64,000 nucleotides of DNA, taken from assembly GCA_026986575.1 (NCBI GenBank), contig JALSOH010000004.1:416001-480000 (forward strand), given 5' to 3'. Made by a program: the position numbers and the translations under genes. Positions 37,240 through 47,427 of this stretch are shown piece by piece. This DNA comes from Thermoproteota archaeon. GTDB taxonomy: Archaea; Korarchaeota; Korarchaeia; Korarchaeales; Korarchaeaceae. Position 1 is the first letter of the stretch; the number at the start of each line of letters is the position of its first letter. The notes beneath the pieces were generated by a model. That model made no database searches. It was given only the letters and a program-made list of their open reading frames with translations, and was not told the origin of the DNA.

Positions 37240-40200
37240 ACCCTTCTCCCCATATTCTCTTTCTAACCACCTTTTCCTGTATCTCGTGATAAAGCTCATC
37301 GATCAGCTCTTGGTAATCGGCTCTTCCCTCCTCGACCGCTGTCATCTTCTCCTCCAGCACTCTCGTCCTCTCCTCGCTGATCAGATCCGGGTACTCCGAT
37401 GTCAGGAAGTTGTACACTTGGACGCCCAGTCTCGTTGGAATCAGTTTGTTATTCTTCTCGAGGACATATTTCCTCTGCAGCAGCTTGTCTATTATGGCAG
37501 CATAGGTGGAGGGCCTTCCTATACCCTTCTCCTTCATAAGAGCTACGACATCTCCTTGCGTGTACAAGGGTACAGAGGGGACCTGAAGGTGCTTTATCTC
37601 GACTTTGACCGTCCCCACCGAAAGAGGAGCTTTCTTCCGGTAGAGGAACGGGTATATGAGCGCCCAACCCCCTCTGACATCTACAACTCTCTCATCGGTA
37701 ACCTCATCGCCGTTCAAGACAAGCTTGTACTTCTGCTTTACGATGATGCTCTCCTTGGTCTGCGAGGCCATGAATCTCCTGAATATCAGGTCATACAGCC
37801 TCACATGGTCCTTTGAGAATCCTTCGGGAGCGGCTATCAGTCCCTCTCTTACATAATCAAGCAGCTCCTTAGCTGATAGGGGCTTAGTAGGCCTTATACA
37901 CTCGTGAGCCCCTCCTTCACCCCATCTCCTCGGGACGAAATCATCGCCGAGGACCTCAGCTGCTACTCTCAAACCAGCGTCGCTCACCCTAACACTATCC
38001 GTCCTGTGGTATGTGATTAGGCCAGCTTCGAAGAGGGACTGAGCTATCTCCATCACTCTCTTAGCGCCCAGCCTCAGTATCCTGCTAGCCTCCCTTATCA
38101 TCTCGTCGGTGGTGAAAGGAGGCGGAGGCTTAACTGCGCCCTCCTCCAATTCTATCGACGAGATCCGGGCCTCTACGATTCCAGGAGATCCTATCCTACC
38201 CTCTACCTTGAGGAAGATGTCTTCTCCACTGATGATGGTGAGGTTCTTCCTCTTCTTGTGCTCTTCGTACCTCTCGATTATCCAACCTAGCGTGGGGGTC
38301 TGAGCCCTTCCGGCAGACAGGTTCTTCCTGTTGAACTTCCTCTGTACCTCATAACTGAGCTCGAATCCTATCCACCTATCTTCTATCCTCCTCACCACCT
38401 GAGCCTTCACTCTCGACTCGTTGGTCTCTGAAAGCTTCCTCAGGGCCTCCAAGATCGCCCTTTTGGTGACCTCATGGAATTCGGCCCTGTATATCTCCTC
38501 AGCCGCATCTTTGATCAGCTGATAAATGTCCCAAGCTATTTTCTCTCCTTCCGTGTCAGGATCCGTCCCTATTATGACCCGAGACGCCTCGAATCCGAGC
38601 CTCCTCATGGAGACTATGTTGCTCCTGCTGTCCCTCAGATTAGTGGAACCGCATCTCGGACATCTCTCGCCATCTGTGAACTGGTAACCGCAGTCCAGAC
38701 ACCTCTTGATGGAGGCATAAACGGGTATGTAGGTTCTACGATCGCCTTCCTCTATGAGAACCCCATGGTACCCTCCCTGCGTCGAGAGGTCCACTACATG
38801 ACCCCCGCTGGCCATTATCGTCAGCACATAGTCGCCGGTGGTCACCTCGTAAGCGACCACCCCATTTACAACCCTTCTCCCCGGCCTACCGAAGAATCTA
38901 GCTATTGTCCGGGCCTTATTAGGGCTTTCCACTATGAAGAGCGCGGTTTTGAGTAGACCGGCCATCTCGAAACCCGTCTTCAGCGAGGAGTATCTCTCCC
39001 TACTTTCGTCGATCTCCCTCCTCAGAGCCTCCAAATACACTTCCTCTAGCGGGGACAGTTCTATGTCGTAAGCGCTGGCCCTCTTTATGAAGGAAGAGAG
39101 TAGTGGCTTCGTGTCCCAGACGAGACTAGCCCCTCTAGTCATTCCCCCAGGATAGAGCCTGGAAGAACGGCCAGATCCCTGTATGTACGTCCTAACATCG
39201 GGGATTATCACCCTACCCTCCTCGGGGATAACCGTTATGTCCCCGGTGCCAGCCAACTCTTTCAGTCTGCTCTCGCTGGATAGCAGGTCCTTCAGTCGCT
39301 CTCTAGCTCTCAGGATATCCTTCTCCGTTGGTCGCCTCCTCAGCCTCATGATGAACTTCTTAGTCTGGGGATCTAGGCCTTTGGCCAGCGCGGACAGTAT
39401 TGCCACAACGGCCCGGTCGCTCATCTCATCCACATCCTTCAGGGTCATCTCGAAGCGGGGAACTCCGTAGAAGACCACGTACCTGATCCTCTGAGGCAGA
39501 TCCACTCCCCTAACTAGGACCCCATAGGGCTTAGCGGCTCCAATTAGACCGTCTAACTCTCCTGACTTGAAAGCCTCAACTAGTTTCTCGTCGTAACCGT
39601 GCAACACCTCTACCTTGTAGCCAGCATCCTCCGCCAATGCCTTCGCCTCATCAGCCAACTCCATCCTCGGGACGAAGAGGAGGAATCCATCCCCCATGAA
39701 CTTCAGGAACTCTTTCAGTCGAACTTTCTTCCTCACGTAGAGATCAGCTATATTCCTCAGCAGCTCCTGCCTCAACACCCCGACATCGAAGCCTAGCAAC
39801 CTTCTGAATAGGATCGCTCGGGGGCCCGGCTTACCGGTTGCAGTTGAGACTATTAGGACGCTATCCGTGCTCTTGGTTACCTCCTTGCCAGCCAGAGCAT
39901 CCTTTACATCAGCCTCGGTGAACCCCATGAGAGTGAGAACCCTATCGACGTTCCTCGAGTTCTTGAGGAAAGAGTCCACGTCGTCTACGAATAAGAAGGA
40001 GAACCGGTCCACGGAGCGCCTTATCCTCTCATGGTTCTTCGAGAGGTACTGGGAAGTCGTGACCAAGATGTCGAAATCACCGCTTTCTAGCTTCTCTAGG
40101 AACTCCCTCCTCTGCTTGCTTCCCATCCCGCTCCTGTAGGCCAGAATCCTGAGAGGCTCCCCAGCAGACCTCTCATACTTGGCAAGAATCTCCACGGCTT

Positions 40201-40528
40201 GATCAACGAGGAGCGATGTGGGGAAGAGGAGGTAGGAACGACCCCTTCCCCTCACAGCGAAGTAATAGCTGGTAACGAGCCCAAAGGCAGTCTTACCAAC
40301 CCCTGTGGGAGCTATGGCAGCGAAGCTACGTCCGGCTAAGGCTCGCCGGGCCCACATCCTCTGAATCTCCCAAGGAGGAGAACCTAAACATGATTTGAAG
40401 AATTTAACATAGTCTTTGAACTCAGAACCTACCTTAGAGATCTCATCTTCGATACAAAGGGATCTGTGGTGGGTTTCCAAGTCACCTTCGGGACACAGAT
40501 CCCTGAAAACCGCTGGTATCATTTCCAC
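37220..40528 (-). CDS. rgy: Reverse gyrase
   Basis: SF2 helicase APTGVGKT, VDDVD, STAT, YIQGSGRSSR, fused to TOPRIM VESPNKA, DPDTEGE and topoisomerase IA ITYHRTD, GIGRPSTY. Confidence 0.97.
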   Translation of the reverse strand: MEMIPAVFRDLCPEGDLETHHRSLCIEDEISKVGSEFKDYVKFFKSCLGSPPWEIQRMWARRALAGRSFAAIAPTGVGKTAFGLVTSYYFAVRGRGRSYLLFPTSLLVDQAVEILAKYERSAGEPLRILAYRSGMGSKQRREFLEKLESGDFDILVTTSQYLSKNHERIRRSVDRFSFLFVDDVDSFLKNSRNVDRVLTLMGFTEADVKDALAGKEVTKSTDSVLIVSTATGKPGPRAILFRRLLGFDVGVLRQELLRNIADLYVRKKVRLKEFLKFMGDGFLLFVPRMELADEAKALAEDAGYKVEVLHGYDEKLVEAFKSGELDGLIGAAKPYGVLVRGVDLPQRIRYVVFYGVPRFEMTLKDVDEMSDRAVVAILSALAKGLDPQTKKFIMRLRRRPTEKDILRARERLKDLLSSESRLKELAGTGDITVIPEEGRVIIPDVRTYIQGSGRSSRLYPGGMTRGASLVWDTKPLLSSFIKRASAYDIELSPLEEVYLEALRREIDESRERYSSLKTGFEMAGLLKTALFIVESPNKARTIARFFGRPGRRVVNGVVAYEVTTGDYVLTIMASGGHVVDLSTQGGYHGVLIEEGDRRTYIPVYASIKRCLDCGYQFTDGERCPRCGSTNLRDSRSNIVSMRRLGFEASRVIIGTDPDTEGEKIAWDIYQLIKDAAEEIYRAEFHEVTKRAILEALRKLSETNESRVKAQVVRRIEDRWIGFELSYEVQRKFNRKNLSAGRAQTPTLGWIIERYEEHKKRKNLTIISGEDIFLKVEGRIGSPGIVEARISSIELEEGAVKPPPPFTTDEMIREASRILRLGAKRVMEIAQSLFEAGLITYHRTDSVRVSDAGLRVAAEVLGDDFVPRRWGEGGAHECIRPTKPLSAKELLDYVREGLIAAPEGFSKDHVRLYDLIFRRFMASQTKESIIVKQKYKLVLNGDEVTDERVVDVRGGWALIYPFLYRKKAPLSVGTVKVEIKHLQVPSVPLYTQGDVVALMKEKGIGRPSTYAAIIDKLLQRKYVLEKNNKLIPTRLGVQVYNFLTSEYPDLISEERTRVLEEKMTAVEEGRADYQELIDELYHEIQEKVVRKRIWGEGFTPPAK

Positions 40529-40616
40529 TCACCGCGCATTACTTGGACAATATCTCGATCCAACATGCAGTCTGGAGGCTTTATATCATTGGGTGAAGGA
40601 AATACACAGGATCGAA

Positions 40617-40988
40617 ATGACTCGGCTAGTTGTCCCTATTGAGGAGACGGACGGAAACGTGAAGTTTAACCGCATATCAAAAGGCTTCAGCCTGGCTAAA
40701 GGGCTGATGGTCATAGACCTGAGTGATTTCGGTGTCGTCATGGACGCCTTCTCCCTAGAGGTGGGTCAGGTTCAAGGGGAGACCATGCTGGACATATTGG
40801 TGGGGCTGGAGGCGGACATGGTGTTGAGCGAGGACATCGAACCGGAACTCAGTGAACTCCTGCTGAACAACAATGTGAATGTGGCACTGACTAAGTCGAA
40901 ATACGTCAAAGACGCCCTGAGGGACCTCCTAGCTGGAAAGGCCTTCGTCATACCAGGAAAGGAAATACCCATAAGGTATGCCAACTAG
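40617..40988 (+). CDS. NifB/NifX (dinitrogenase FeMo-cofactor-like) domain protein
   Basis: MTRLVVP...IS..F..A...MVID...ADMVL...I.......L...V pattern. Start placed at ATG 40617. Confidence 0.55.
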   Translation: MTRLVVPIEETDGNVKFNRISKGFSLAKGLMVIDLSDFGVVMDAFSLEVGQVQGETMLDILVGLEADMVLSEDIEPELSELLLNNNVNVALTKSKYVKDALRDLLAGKAFVIPGKEIPIRYAN

Positions 40989-40995
40989 TTATGTT

Positions 40996-41202
40996 ATGCC
41001 CTATGTGAAGCTGAGGGTAAAGAGGTGGGAAAGAAACGGGAGGAAGTACCTGAGCTATCAAGTAACTGCTCCTAAATCCTTAGTGGAGGAGCTCGGTTGG
41101 GAGAGGGGTGACACTTTATACGTCTACGTTAGGAATGGGGAATTGATTTACAGACACAGAGAAAGACCCAAAAGGGGAAAACAAACCAGACTGGAACTAT
41201 AG
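40996..41202 (+). CDS. AbrB/MazE/SpoVT family DNA-binding protein
   Basis: SYQVTAPKSLVEELGWERGDTL...NGELI. Confidence 0.8.
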   Translation: MPYVKLRVKRWERNGRKYLSYQVTAPKSLVEELGWERGDTLYVYVRNGELIYRHRERPKRGKQTRLEL

Positions 41203-42366
41203 TCACTCAACTCTCAAGAGGAGGCCTTTGAGGTATCTCGTCCAAGGATGCACGGGATCTATTGGATGATCGGGAGAAGCCCCCCTCTCACCTAGAATCG
41301 TGATCTCCCGATTGGAGAGGATAGCTGACCTGACCACGATCTTTTTGAATTCCTCCTTGGTGATGAATTGGCTACAGCTGCTTGTGAACATGAGGCCACC
41401 ACTTACCACCCTCTCCATAGCGGCGGCATTGACTGCTGCGTAGGTCTTCCTAGCTCTGGGGACCATGTCCCTGCTTGGAGCTAGGGCTGGTGGATCTACG
41501 ATAACCAGATCGTAGGCGGAGGAGTCTCTCTCCAGAAACTCCTTGACCCTAGATTGAACGGTCACTAACTCAATCGAGTTGAGTCTCACATTAGACTTCA
41601 TTTCCGTGACGGCGTACTCCGACTCATCGACAGCAACGACCTCGGCGCCGGAGAGAGCGGCGTGTATCGCGAAACCGCCTGTGTAGCTGTAGAGATCCAA
41701 GACCCTGTCACTAGGACCAGCAAGGTAGCCAATTTCAATCCTGTTCAACCTTTGATCTATGAAGAAGCCCGTTTTCTGGCCCTTGATCGTATCCACGTGA
41801 AAGAGAGCCCCGCTCTCCCTCACTACAGCTCTAGTTTTACCTCCTGAGAGGATCCTCCTCTCCGAGGGCAGTCCGACTTCCCTCCTCGGCCTACTATCGT
41901 TCTTAAGAACTATGGAACTGGGCTTGAATAAGTCCTCCACCATGGCCGAGATCTCCTCCACTCGCCTATCTATTCCTATTGAGGTGGAGGAGATGACGAC
42001 GATATCGTCGTATACATCTATTATCAACCCTGGAAGGGCATCAGCCTCGCTGTGCACCCATCGAAAGAAATTGTCCAGCTTAAGTTTCTCCCTCAACCTC
42101 AAGGCCTCCTCTAACCTACGATAAAGTAGAGAAGAGGGATTCTCCAGCTCCGTGGAGAGGACCCTCACTGCCATAGCCCCTATTCCCTCGAAGAAGCCCA
42201 AACCCAGCGTGTCTCCTCTCTCATCCTTTATTACGACTAAGTCTCCCTCCTCCACGGGTCCCCTTAGGGAGATGAGCCACTTGACGTAGATATTCCGCTG
42301 CCCCTTTCTCAGCCTAGAAGCCCCTTCCTCAGCGAGCACGGCTTCCCCAACGGGGCTCCAGATCAA
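41203..42366 (-). CDS. PUA-domain class I SAM-dependent rRNA methyltransferase (RlmI-like)
   Basis: HSEAD.LPGLIID.Y, GQKTGFFIDQR.NR, VLDLYSYTGGF, VDPP, TSSCS, YLKG. Confidence 0.9.
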   Translation of the reverse strand: MIWSPVGEAVLAEEGASRLRKGQRNIYVKWLISLRGPVEEGDLVVIKDERGDTLGLGFFEGIGAMAVRVLSTELENPSSLLYRRLEEALRLREKLKLDNFFRWVHSEADALPGLIIDVYDDIVVISSTSIGIDRRVEEISAMVEDLFKPSSIVLKNDSRPRREVGLPSERRILSGGKTRAVVRESGALFHVDTIKGQKTGFFIDQRLNRIEIGYLAGPSDRVLDLYSYTGGFAIHAALSGAEVVAVDESEYAVTEMKSNVRLNSIELVTVQSRVKEFLERDSSAYDLVIVDPPALAPSRDMVPRARKTYAAVNAAAMERVVSGGLMFTSSCSQFITKEEFKKIVVRSAILSNREITILGERGASPDHPIDPVHPWTRYLKGLLLRVE

Positions 42367-42374
42367 GGGTTGTT

Positions 42375-43502
42375 CTACCTCCTAAGGTAGTCTGGGTCCT
42401 TGGAGAGCTTCTCGGTGAGGGGAATGCCTCTATTCCTCCCGACCACCACGGTATCCTCTATTCTTATGCCTCCCCATCCCCTAATGTAGATTCCTGGCTC
42501 ATCAGTCACTGTCATCCCTTCTTGGAGCCTTCCTCCTCTCCCCACTAGGAGCCTGAAGAACTCGTGGATGTCGATGCCAATCCCATGCCCCAGAGAATGA
42601 ACGAAGTACTCTAAAAGGTCCAATTCCTTCAATACCTTCCTAGCCTCTATATCTGGTCTCTCCATGGGAACTCCGTCCCTTATGAAATCCAATGCTCTCA
42701 ACTGTGCGTTGAGAACGGCCTCGTACTTGTCTAAAAAGCCCTCCGGCGGGCTACCGATGTAGAAGGTACGGGTCATATCGCTGCAGTACCCCATATACTT
42801 GGAGCCAAAGTCGATGAGCAATATCTCCCCCTCGCTGACCCTCCGCTCGGTGTTAATGTGATGAGCATTGAATGAGTTGGCCCCACTCGCCACTATCGTC
42901 GGAAAGCTGGGTTCCTCAGCACCTAACTCCTTCATCTTAAACTCAAGCATGTTAGCTATCTCCCTCTCAGTCATTCCAATCCTTATCTCCAGAGATTCGA
43001 AGGCCCTCATCGCTATCGATGCGCTCTCCTTCATGAGTCCCAACTCATACTCGCTCTTGATGATCCTCATCCTCCTCAGCTGATCGTCCAAGCTCACTAT
43101 AGCCGCGCTCTTTTTCCCCCTCTTGAACCTCTTCCTCACTTTCTCCACCTGCTCTTGAGATGACAGGAAGTCTACAGCTATCCTCCTAGCACCTCCGTGC
43201 CTCTCAGCTACCAGATCGTAGACGCTGGGGTTAATCACTTCCTTACCGCTGGTCCCGTAGAAAGGCTTCTGAACCTCCACATGATAAGGCGTCTTCTCCC
43301 GAGCGATCTCGTCTCCGAAAGCATATCTCGCGACCAAATAGGGATCGTCATCTAGGGGAACGACAAGCAGCTGGGCTTCGGCTGTCCCTGCTAAGTATAG
43401 CATGTTGCTTGGGGAGTTCACGAGGGAGAGGTCTATATCCCTCCTTCCCATCCACCTCTTCAGCCTGCGGATCCTAGAGTCCAACTCACTCCTTGGATAC
43501 AT
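42375..43502 (-). CDS. Xaa-Pro aminopeptidase/prolidase (M24)
   Basis: IDFG...GYCSDMTRT, HSLGHGIGIDIHE, EPGIY, GIRIEDT. Confidence 0.93.
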   Translation of the reverse strand: MYPRSELDSRIRRLKRWMGRRDIDLSLVNSPSNMLYLAGTAEAQLLVVPLDDDPYLVARYAFGDEIAREKTPYHVEVQKPFYGTSGKEVINPSVYDLVAERHGGARRIAVDFLSSQEQVEKVRKRFKRGKKSAAIVSLDDQLRRMRIIKSEYELGLMKESASIAMRAFESLEIRIGMTEREIANMLEFKMKELGAEEPSFPTIVASGANSFNAHHINTERRVSEGEILLIDFGSKYMGYCSDMTRTFYIGSPPEGFLDKYEAVLNAQLRALDFIRDGVPMERPDIEARKVLKELDLLEYFVHSLGHGIGIDIHEFFRLLVGRGGRLQEGMTVTDEPGIYIRGWGGIRIEDTVVVGRNRGIPLTEKLSKDPDYLRR

Positions 43503-43559
43503 TGCGGGTCACCCAAATGCCAGCATGATAGGCGGGCCAGAGGGGATAAAGTTGAGTCG

Positions 43560-45023
43560 TTAGACGTTTATGAGCTCCCCAACTTCTGGCAGTAATACTC
43601 GATCTCTCATGCCCTTAGGCACATACAGATCGAATAGATCCGGGTGCTCGGTGTGAATGGGAACAATCCTGTCGGGATTAACTCTATCTAAGACATCAGC
43701 TATCTGCTTCGGGGAAAGGTGCCCGGACACGTGGATTCGATAGTAACGGTGAACCCCATATATAAGGAGCCAGTTCATGAGTCTGTCCATTGAGAGGGCG
43801 CTCTCTTCACTGAAGGGCTCGGATCTACTCATCACGAAGTCTATGTGGGGTTTCACGCCCAGAGGAATCTCGTATAGGAACCTCGTGGCATTACTGGTGA
43901 CCACGAAGTAAGAGCTCTCGTCTTTGAGTATCTCCCTCCTTAGGTCACCCCATATTACAGATCCGGATCCTTTCTTATCCTCCACCCTTTCGATGAATTC
44001 TACGAGGGGTCTGGGCTCCCTCGACCCTAACTTCACCTCTCTCCCCCCTTTCCTCCTCTTCCTTCTCCACAGCAAGTAATCTCCAGGTAATGGAAGACCA
44101 CTAATCCCCGCACCGCTCAACGTTTCCGCCATGAAACCGATCCTCTCGTCGACTACTAGTTCCCTGCCCATCTTCTCAGCCACCTTGCATACGGTCCTGA
44201 CCCTGTCAACATCCGTGGGCGAGACCTCCACGAGCGCGAGTCGGGAACTGCCCTCCAATATCTCCATCATCCTCTCTCCAACCTCCCTCTCGGAGGAGAC
44301 CTCGAAGTTTACCCTCTTGGGTGGCTCTCGCTTCCATCTGTACCAGATTCTATTCTCCAATACCTTGACCAGAGAGGCCTCAGGGTCATTCTCGGGCGCC
44401 ACCTTAGTGGCCTCCATGAGGAGCAGATCAACCCCCTCCTCCGCTAGCATATTTAGGAAATCCATGGTCATGTCACTCCTAGGACCGTGCATCCTGAGAT
44501 CTCCTGTGTAGGCAATCTTCTTCGAGCAGCATTCGATCAGGAATCCGTATGCCCCAGGTACAGAGTGATCCACATGAGTGGGGATAACCTTCAGGCCCTC
44601 CATGTCCAGTACATCTCCTGTCCTGAAGGTGTGCATCTCGAACTTATCTAGGACCGACAGGTCCTTGAACCCCATAGACCTGTAAGCCTCCAATATCACT
44701 CTACTGGCCTCTCCCAAGTGGACAGCTATCTCCCTGTGAACTAGGGGGAGATAACCCCAATGATCCAAGTGAGCGTGACTTACGAGTAGGCCGGTGATGT
44801 CGTAGCCCTCCATCTTCCACTCGGGTCCCTGAGAGGGGGGAAGGAGGCCTGTCTTGAAGTAGTCCTCAGGGAACATGGGGGACATGAAGGGATACTGGAA
44901 GAAGGCTTCCTCGCGGGAAAAGCTCTTTCCGAAATCGAGCATGATTGCGAGCCTGTCGGGGGAGGACACCAGCACCTTATTGCCTCCGATCTCCCCAATA
45001 CCACCGAATATCCTGACTTCCAC
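43560..45023 (-). CDS. MBL-fold beta-CASP ribonuclease (RNase J/aCPSF-like)
   Basis: GG.GEIGGN, SHAHLDH, DHSVPGA, YTGDLR, LMEAT, IHVSGH, PIHTE. Confidence 0.85.
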   Translation of the reverse strand: MEVRIFGGIGEIGGNKVLVSSPDRLAIMLDFGKSFSREEAFFQYPFMSPMFPEDYFKTGLLPPSQGPEWKMEGYDITGLLVSHAHLDHWGYLPLVHREIAVHLGEASRVILEAYRSMGFKDLSVLDKFEMHTFRTGDVLDMEGLKVIPTHVDHSVPGAYGFLIECCSKKIAYTGDLRMHGPRSDMTMDFLNMLAEEGVDLLLMEATKVAPENDPEASLVKVLENRIWYRWKREPPKRVNFEVSSEREVGERMMEILEGSSRLALVEVSPTDVDRVRTVCKVAEKMGRELVVDERIGFMAETLSGAGISGLPLPGDYLLWRRKRRKGGREVKLGSREPRPLVEFIERVEDKKGSGSVIWGDLRREILKDESSYFVVTSNATRFLYEIPLGVKPHIDFVMSRSEPFSEESALSMDRLMNWLLIYGVHRYYRIHVSGHLSPKQIADVLDRVNPDRIVPIHTEHPDLFDLYVPKGMRDRVLLPEVGELINV

Positions 45024-45074
45024 AGGTCGAATGCCGTGGTTACCTTTATCAATTTTTTATGAGGGAGGCGCCGG

Positions 45075-45314
45075 GTGATCACTCTGGCCGTAGTGCAAGT
45101 GGACTTCCACGTTATACTCAATATAGATGAGGCCAAGTGTATCGGATGCGGCATCTGTGTTGATGTCTGTCCATCTAACATATGGCGCCTAAATGAGAAC
45201 AAGAAAGCCTATCCGAGGGAGAACTATGAGCCTGACTGCTTCATATGCCATGCCTGTGCAGTGTCTTGTCCCGTGGGAGCGATAGTCGTTCAGGAGGAGG
45301 TATGGGAGAAGTAG
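45075..45314 (+). CDS. 2[4Fe-4S] ferredoxin
   Basis: CIGCGICVDVCP and CFICHACAVSCP. Confidence 0.9.
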   Translation: MITLAVVQVDFHVILNIDEAKCIGCGICVDVCPSNIWRLNENKKAYPRENYEPDCFICHACAVSCPVGAIVVQEEVWEK

Positions 45315-45322
45315 TCAAGCGA

Positions 45323-46036
45323 TCATATGACCTCTTTATACTCCTCTATCCTCCCCTCAGCCCTCCTGAATATAAGGAGAGTCCAATTTTCCATTTCCTC
45401 CCAGTTTCCATCATCTAAAGGCTCCGATGCTAGAATGACTATCCCCTCCCCCCTCTTCACGTAGAGGTTGAAGTAATCTGGCCTCTCCTTGGCACCCTTT
45501 AGCGCGTAGATCTCATCATCACTTACCATCAGGAAGGTCATGGATGACAGACCCTCCCAGAACTTCTCTCTTATCTCCCTCACGCCCTCCACCAACTTAG
45601 AGGGATCGACACCGTTGTGGGTCAGCCCCAACATCATTGCCTCGCTGTCCGTCTTACCTAGAGCATTCCCCTCCTCTATCCCCTTGACCGATCCATTGTG
45701 AGCAAAGAACCATACCTTGCCCCCGACGATCACCGAGAAGGGGTGGGTGTTCTCGAAGCTGACCTCACCTACTGACGCGGCCCTCGCGTGAGCTAAGACG
45801 ACATCAGCTCTAAAGCGCGCGTAAAAGCCCCTCCTCCACATGGGGAAGGTCTCCCTCACGTAGAGAACGGGCCTACCCTTGGAGAAGGCGGCTAACCCCC
45901 ATCCGTGAGGGTGGCCCATCCCGCTCTCCTTGGAAGACCTACCCCGGCTGGCCATGTGGGCCACAGCCTCTAGGAAATCTTCAACCTCGTAACCCTTCAC
46001 CGGCTCTAGGGACATGAAGGCGGCCATTCTACACAT
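45323..46036 (-). CDS. Class II glutamine amidotransferase (YafJ/EgtC-like)
   Basis: N-terminal MCRM (Ntn Cys), H.HGWG, AHARAAS, ENTHPF, FAHNG, TDSE. Confidence 0.88.
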   Translation of the reverse strand: MCRMAAFMSLEPVKGYEVEDFLEAVAHMASRGRSSKESGMGHPHGWGLAAFSKGRPVLYVRETFPMWRRGFYARFRADVVLAHARAASVGEVSFENTHPFSVIVGGKVWFFAHNGSVKGIEEGNALGKTDSEAMMLGLTHNGVDPSKLVEGVREIREKFWEGLSSMTFLMVSDDEIYALKGAKERPDYFNLYVKRGEGIVILASEPLDDGNWEEMENWTLLIFRRAEGRIEEYKEVI

Positions 46037-46109
46037 GCTAATCCAACTGGAGGAGCGAGCCAACCTTTTTATACTATTTCCAAGTTCCATGTCGTGGCCC
46101 GTCGCTAGG

Positions 46110-46186
46110 GGCGGGGTAGCTTAGCCAGGTAGAGCGCCCGGCTGTTAACCGGGAGGTCGTGGGTTCGAATCCCACCCCCGCCGCCA
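46110..46186 (+). tRNA. tRNA-Asn (GTT), intronless, CCA encoded
   Basis: Acceptor stem GGCGGGG/CCCCGCC, anticodon arm CCCGG-CTGTTAA-CCGGG, T-arm GTGGG-TTCGAAT-CCCAC, discriminator G then CCA. TTTTTATA box lies upstream at about 46066-46073. Confidence 0.97.
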
Positions 46187-46217
46187 TCTCGATTTTAAGC
46201 TCATCCGTGCCTCTTCC

Positions 46218-47423
46218 ATGGTGCTCCTAATGAGAAGGGAGGATGAGTTCTTCGTAGTGTCAGGGAGGGAGATCAAGGAGGGAAAGGTCACCGATATCTA
46301 CTTCATCAGAACCATGAAGGTCCTCAGGGCCAAGGGACTGGCGGACAAACATGTCGTCATGGAGATAGCAGCCAGATCCCTACCGAACGGCGCCCCTTGG
46401 GGGATACTGGCAGGAGTGGAGGAAGTGGCTAGGCTCCTTGAGGGCGGGAATTTGGATGTGTATGCTCTCCCCGATGGCAGCCTCTTGAGACCTTGGATAC
46501 CCATCATGAGAATAGAGGGAGCCTACTCGGAGATAGGACCCTTGGAGACCTCGATACTCGGGTTCCTATGCAGCCTCTCCGGGATAGCCACGATGGCGGC
46601 TAGGGTAAAGTTCGCGGCCGGGGAGAAACCAGTGGTCAACTTCGGGATAAGGAGACAGCATCCCGCTGTAAGTCTGGCGTACGAGAGAGCCAGCCTCATA
46701 GGCGGGCTCGACGGATCTTCTGGCATTCTACTGGAGGAGATCGGTTTCAAACCTGTAGGTACGATGCCCCACGCTATGATCATACTCTTCGGGGACCAGG
46801 TTGCCGCTTGGAAATCATTCGACGAGGTCCTGCCGGATGAGGTTCCTAGGATAGCCTTGGTGGACACTTTCTATGATGAGAAGACAGAAGCAATAATGGC
46901 CGCGGAGGCATTGAAGGATAGACTCGAGGGGGTCAGGCTCGACACTCCAAGCTCTAGGAGAGGGAGGATGTCCGACATAATCAAGGAGGTGAGGTGGGAG
47001 CTGGATGTGAGGGGCTTTAAACACGTGAAGATATTCGTCTCTGGGGGACTAAACGAATATACTGTTAAGGAGTACTCCGAGGCCGGTGCCGATGCATTTG
47101 GAGTAGGTTCTCACATAATGGGAGCTAAACCAGTAGACTTCGGCATGGACATAGTGGAAGTTGAGGGAGAACCGAGGGCCAAGAGAGGGATAAAGTCAGG
47201 GGCCAAAGACCTCTACATCTGTGAGGAGCATCTCATCTACAAATATGTGCCGAAGGGATCCGAACCGCCGAAGTGCCCCGTCTGCGGTAAGGAGATGTCC
47301 TACGCCTACAGAAAGATACTGGATGGAGGAAGGCTGGTCTACAGGATAGAAGACCTCAAAGCGATCAACGAGGCCACTAAGGATCTACTGAGAAAACTCA
47401 GGGATTTGGGAGAGGGCCTCTGA
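46218..47423 (+). CDS. pncB: Nicotinate phosphoribosyltransferase
   Basis: TDIYF, LET..LG, FG.RRQHP, GTMPHA, LVDTF, VRLDTP.SRRG, SGGL, FGVG; C-terminal Zn ribbon. Confidence 0.92.
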   Translation: MVLLMRREDEFFVVSGREIKEGKVTDIYFIRTMKVLRAKGLADKHVVMEIAARSLPNGAPWGILAGVEEVARLLEGGNLDVYALPDGSLLRPWIPIMRIEGAYSEIGPLETSILGFLCSLSGIATMAARVKFAAGEKPVVNFGIRRQHPAVSLAYERASLIGGLDGSSGILLEEIGFKPVGTMPHAMIILFGDQVAAWKSFDEVLPDEVPRIALVDTFYDEKTEAIMAAEALKDRLEGVRLDTPSSRRGRMSDIIKEVRWELDVRGFKHVKIFVSGGLNEYTVKEYSEAGADAFGVGSHIMGAKPVDFGMDIVEVEGEPRAKRGIKSGAKDLYICEEHLIYKYVPKGSEPPKCPVCGKEMSYAYRKILDGGRLVYRIEDLKAINEATKDLLRKLRDLGEGL

Positions 47424-47427
47424 TGGA

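Noticed and set aside
46110-46186. tRNA-Asn as an integration site or intron-containing tRNA
   Set aside because: The anticodon loop is an uninterrupted 7 nt. I saw no duplicated 3' tRNA fragment or integrase, and the flanks are housekeeping genes.
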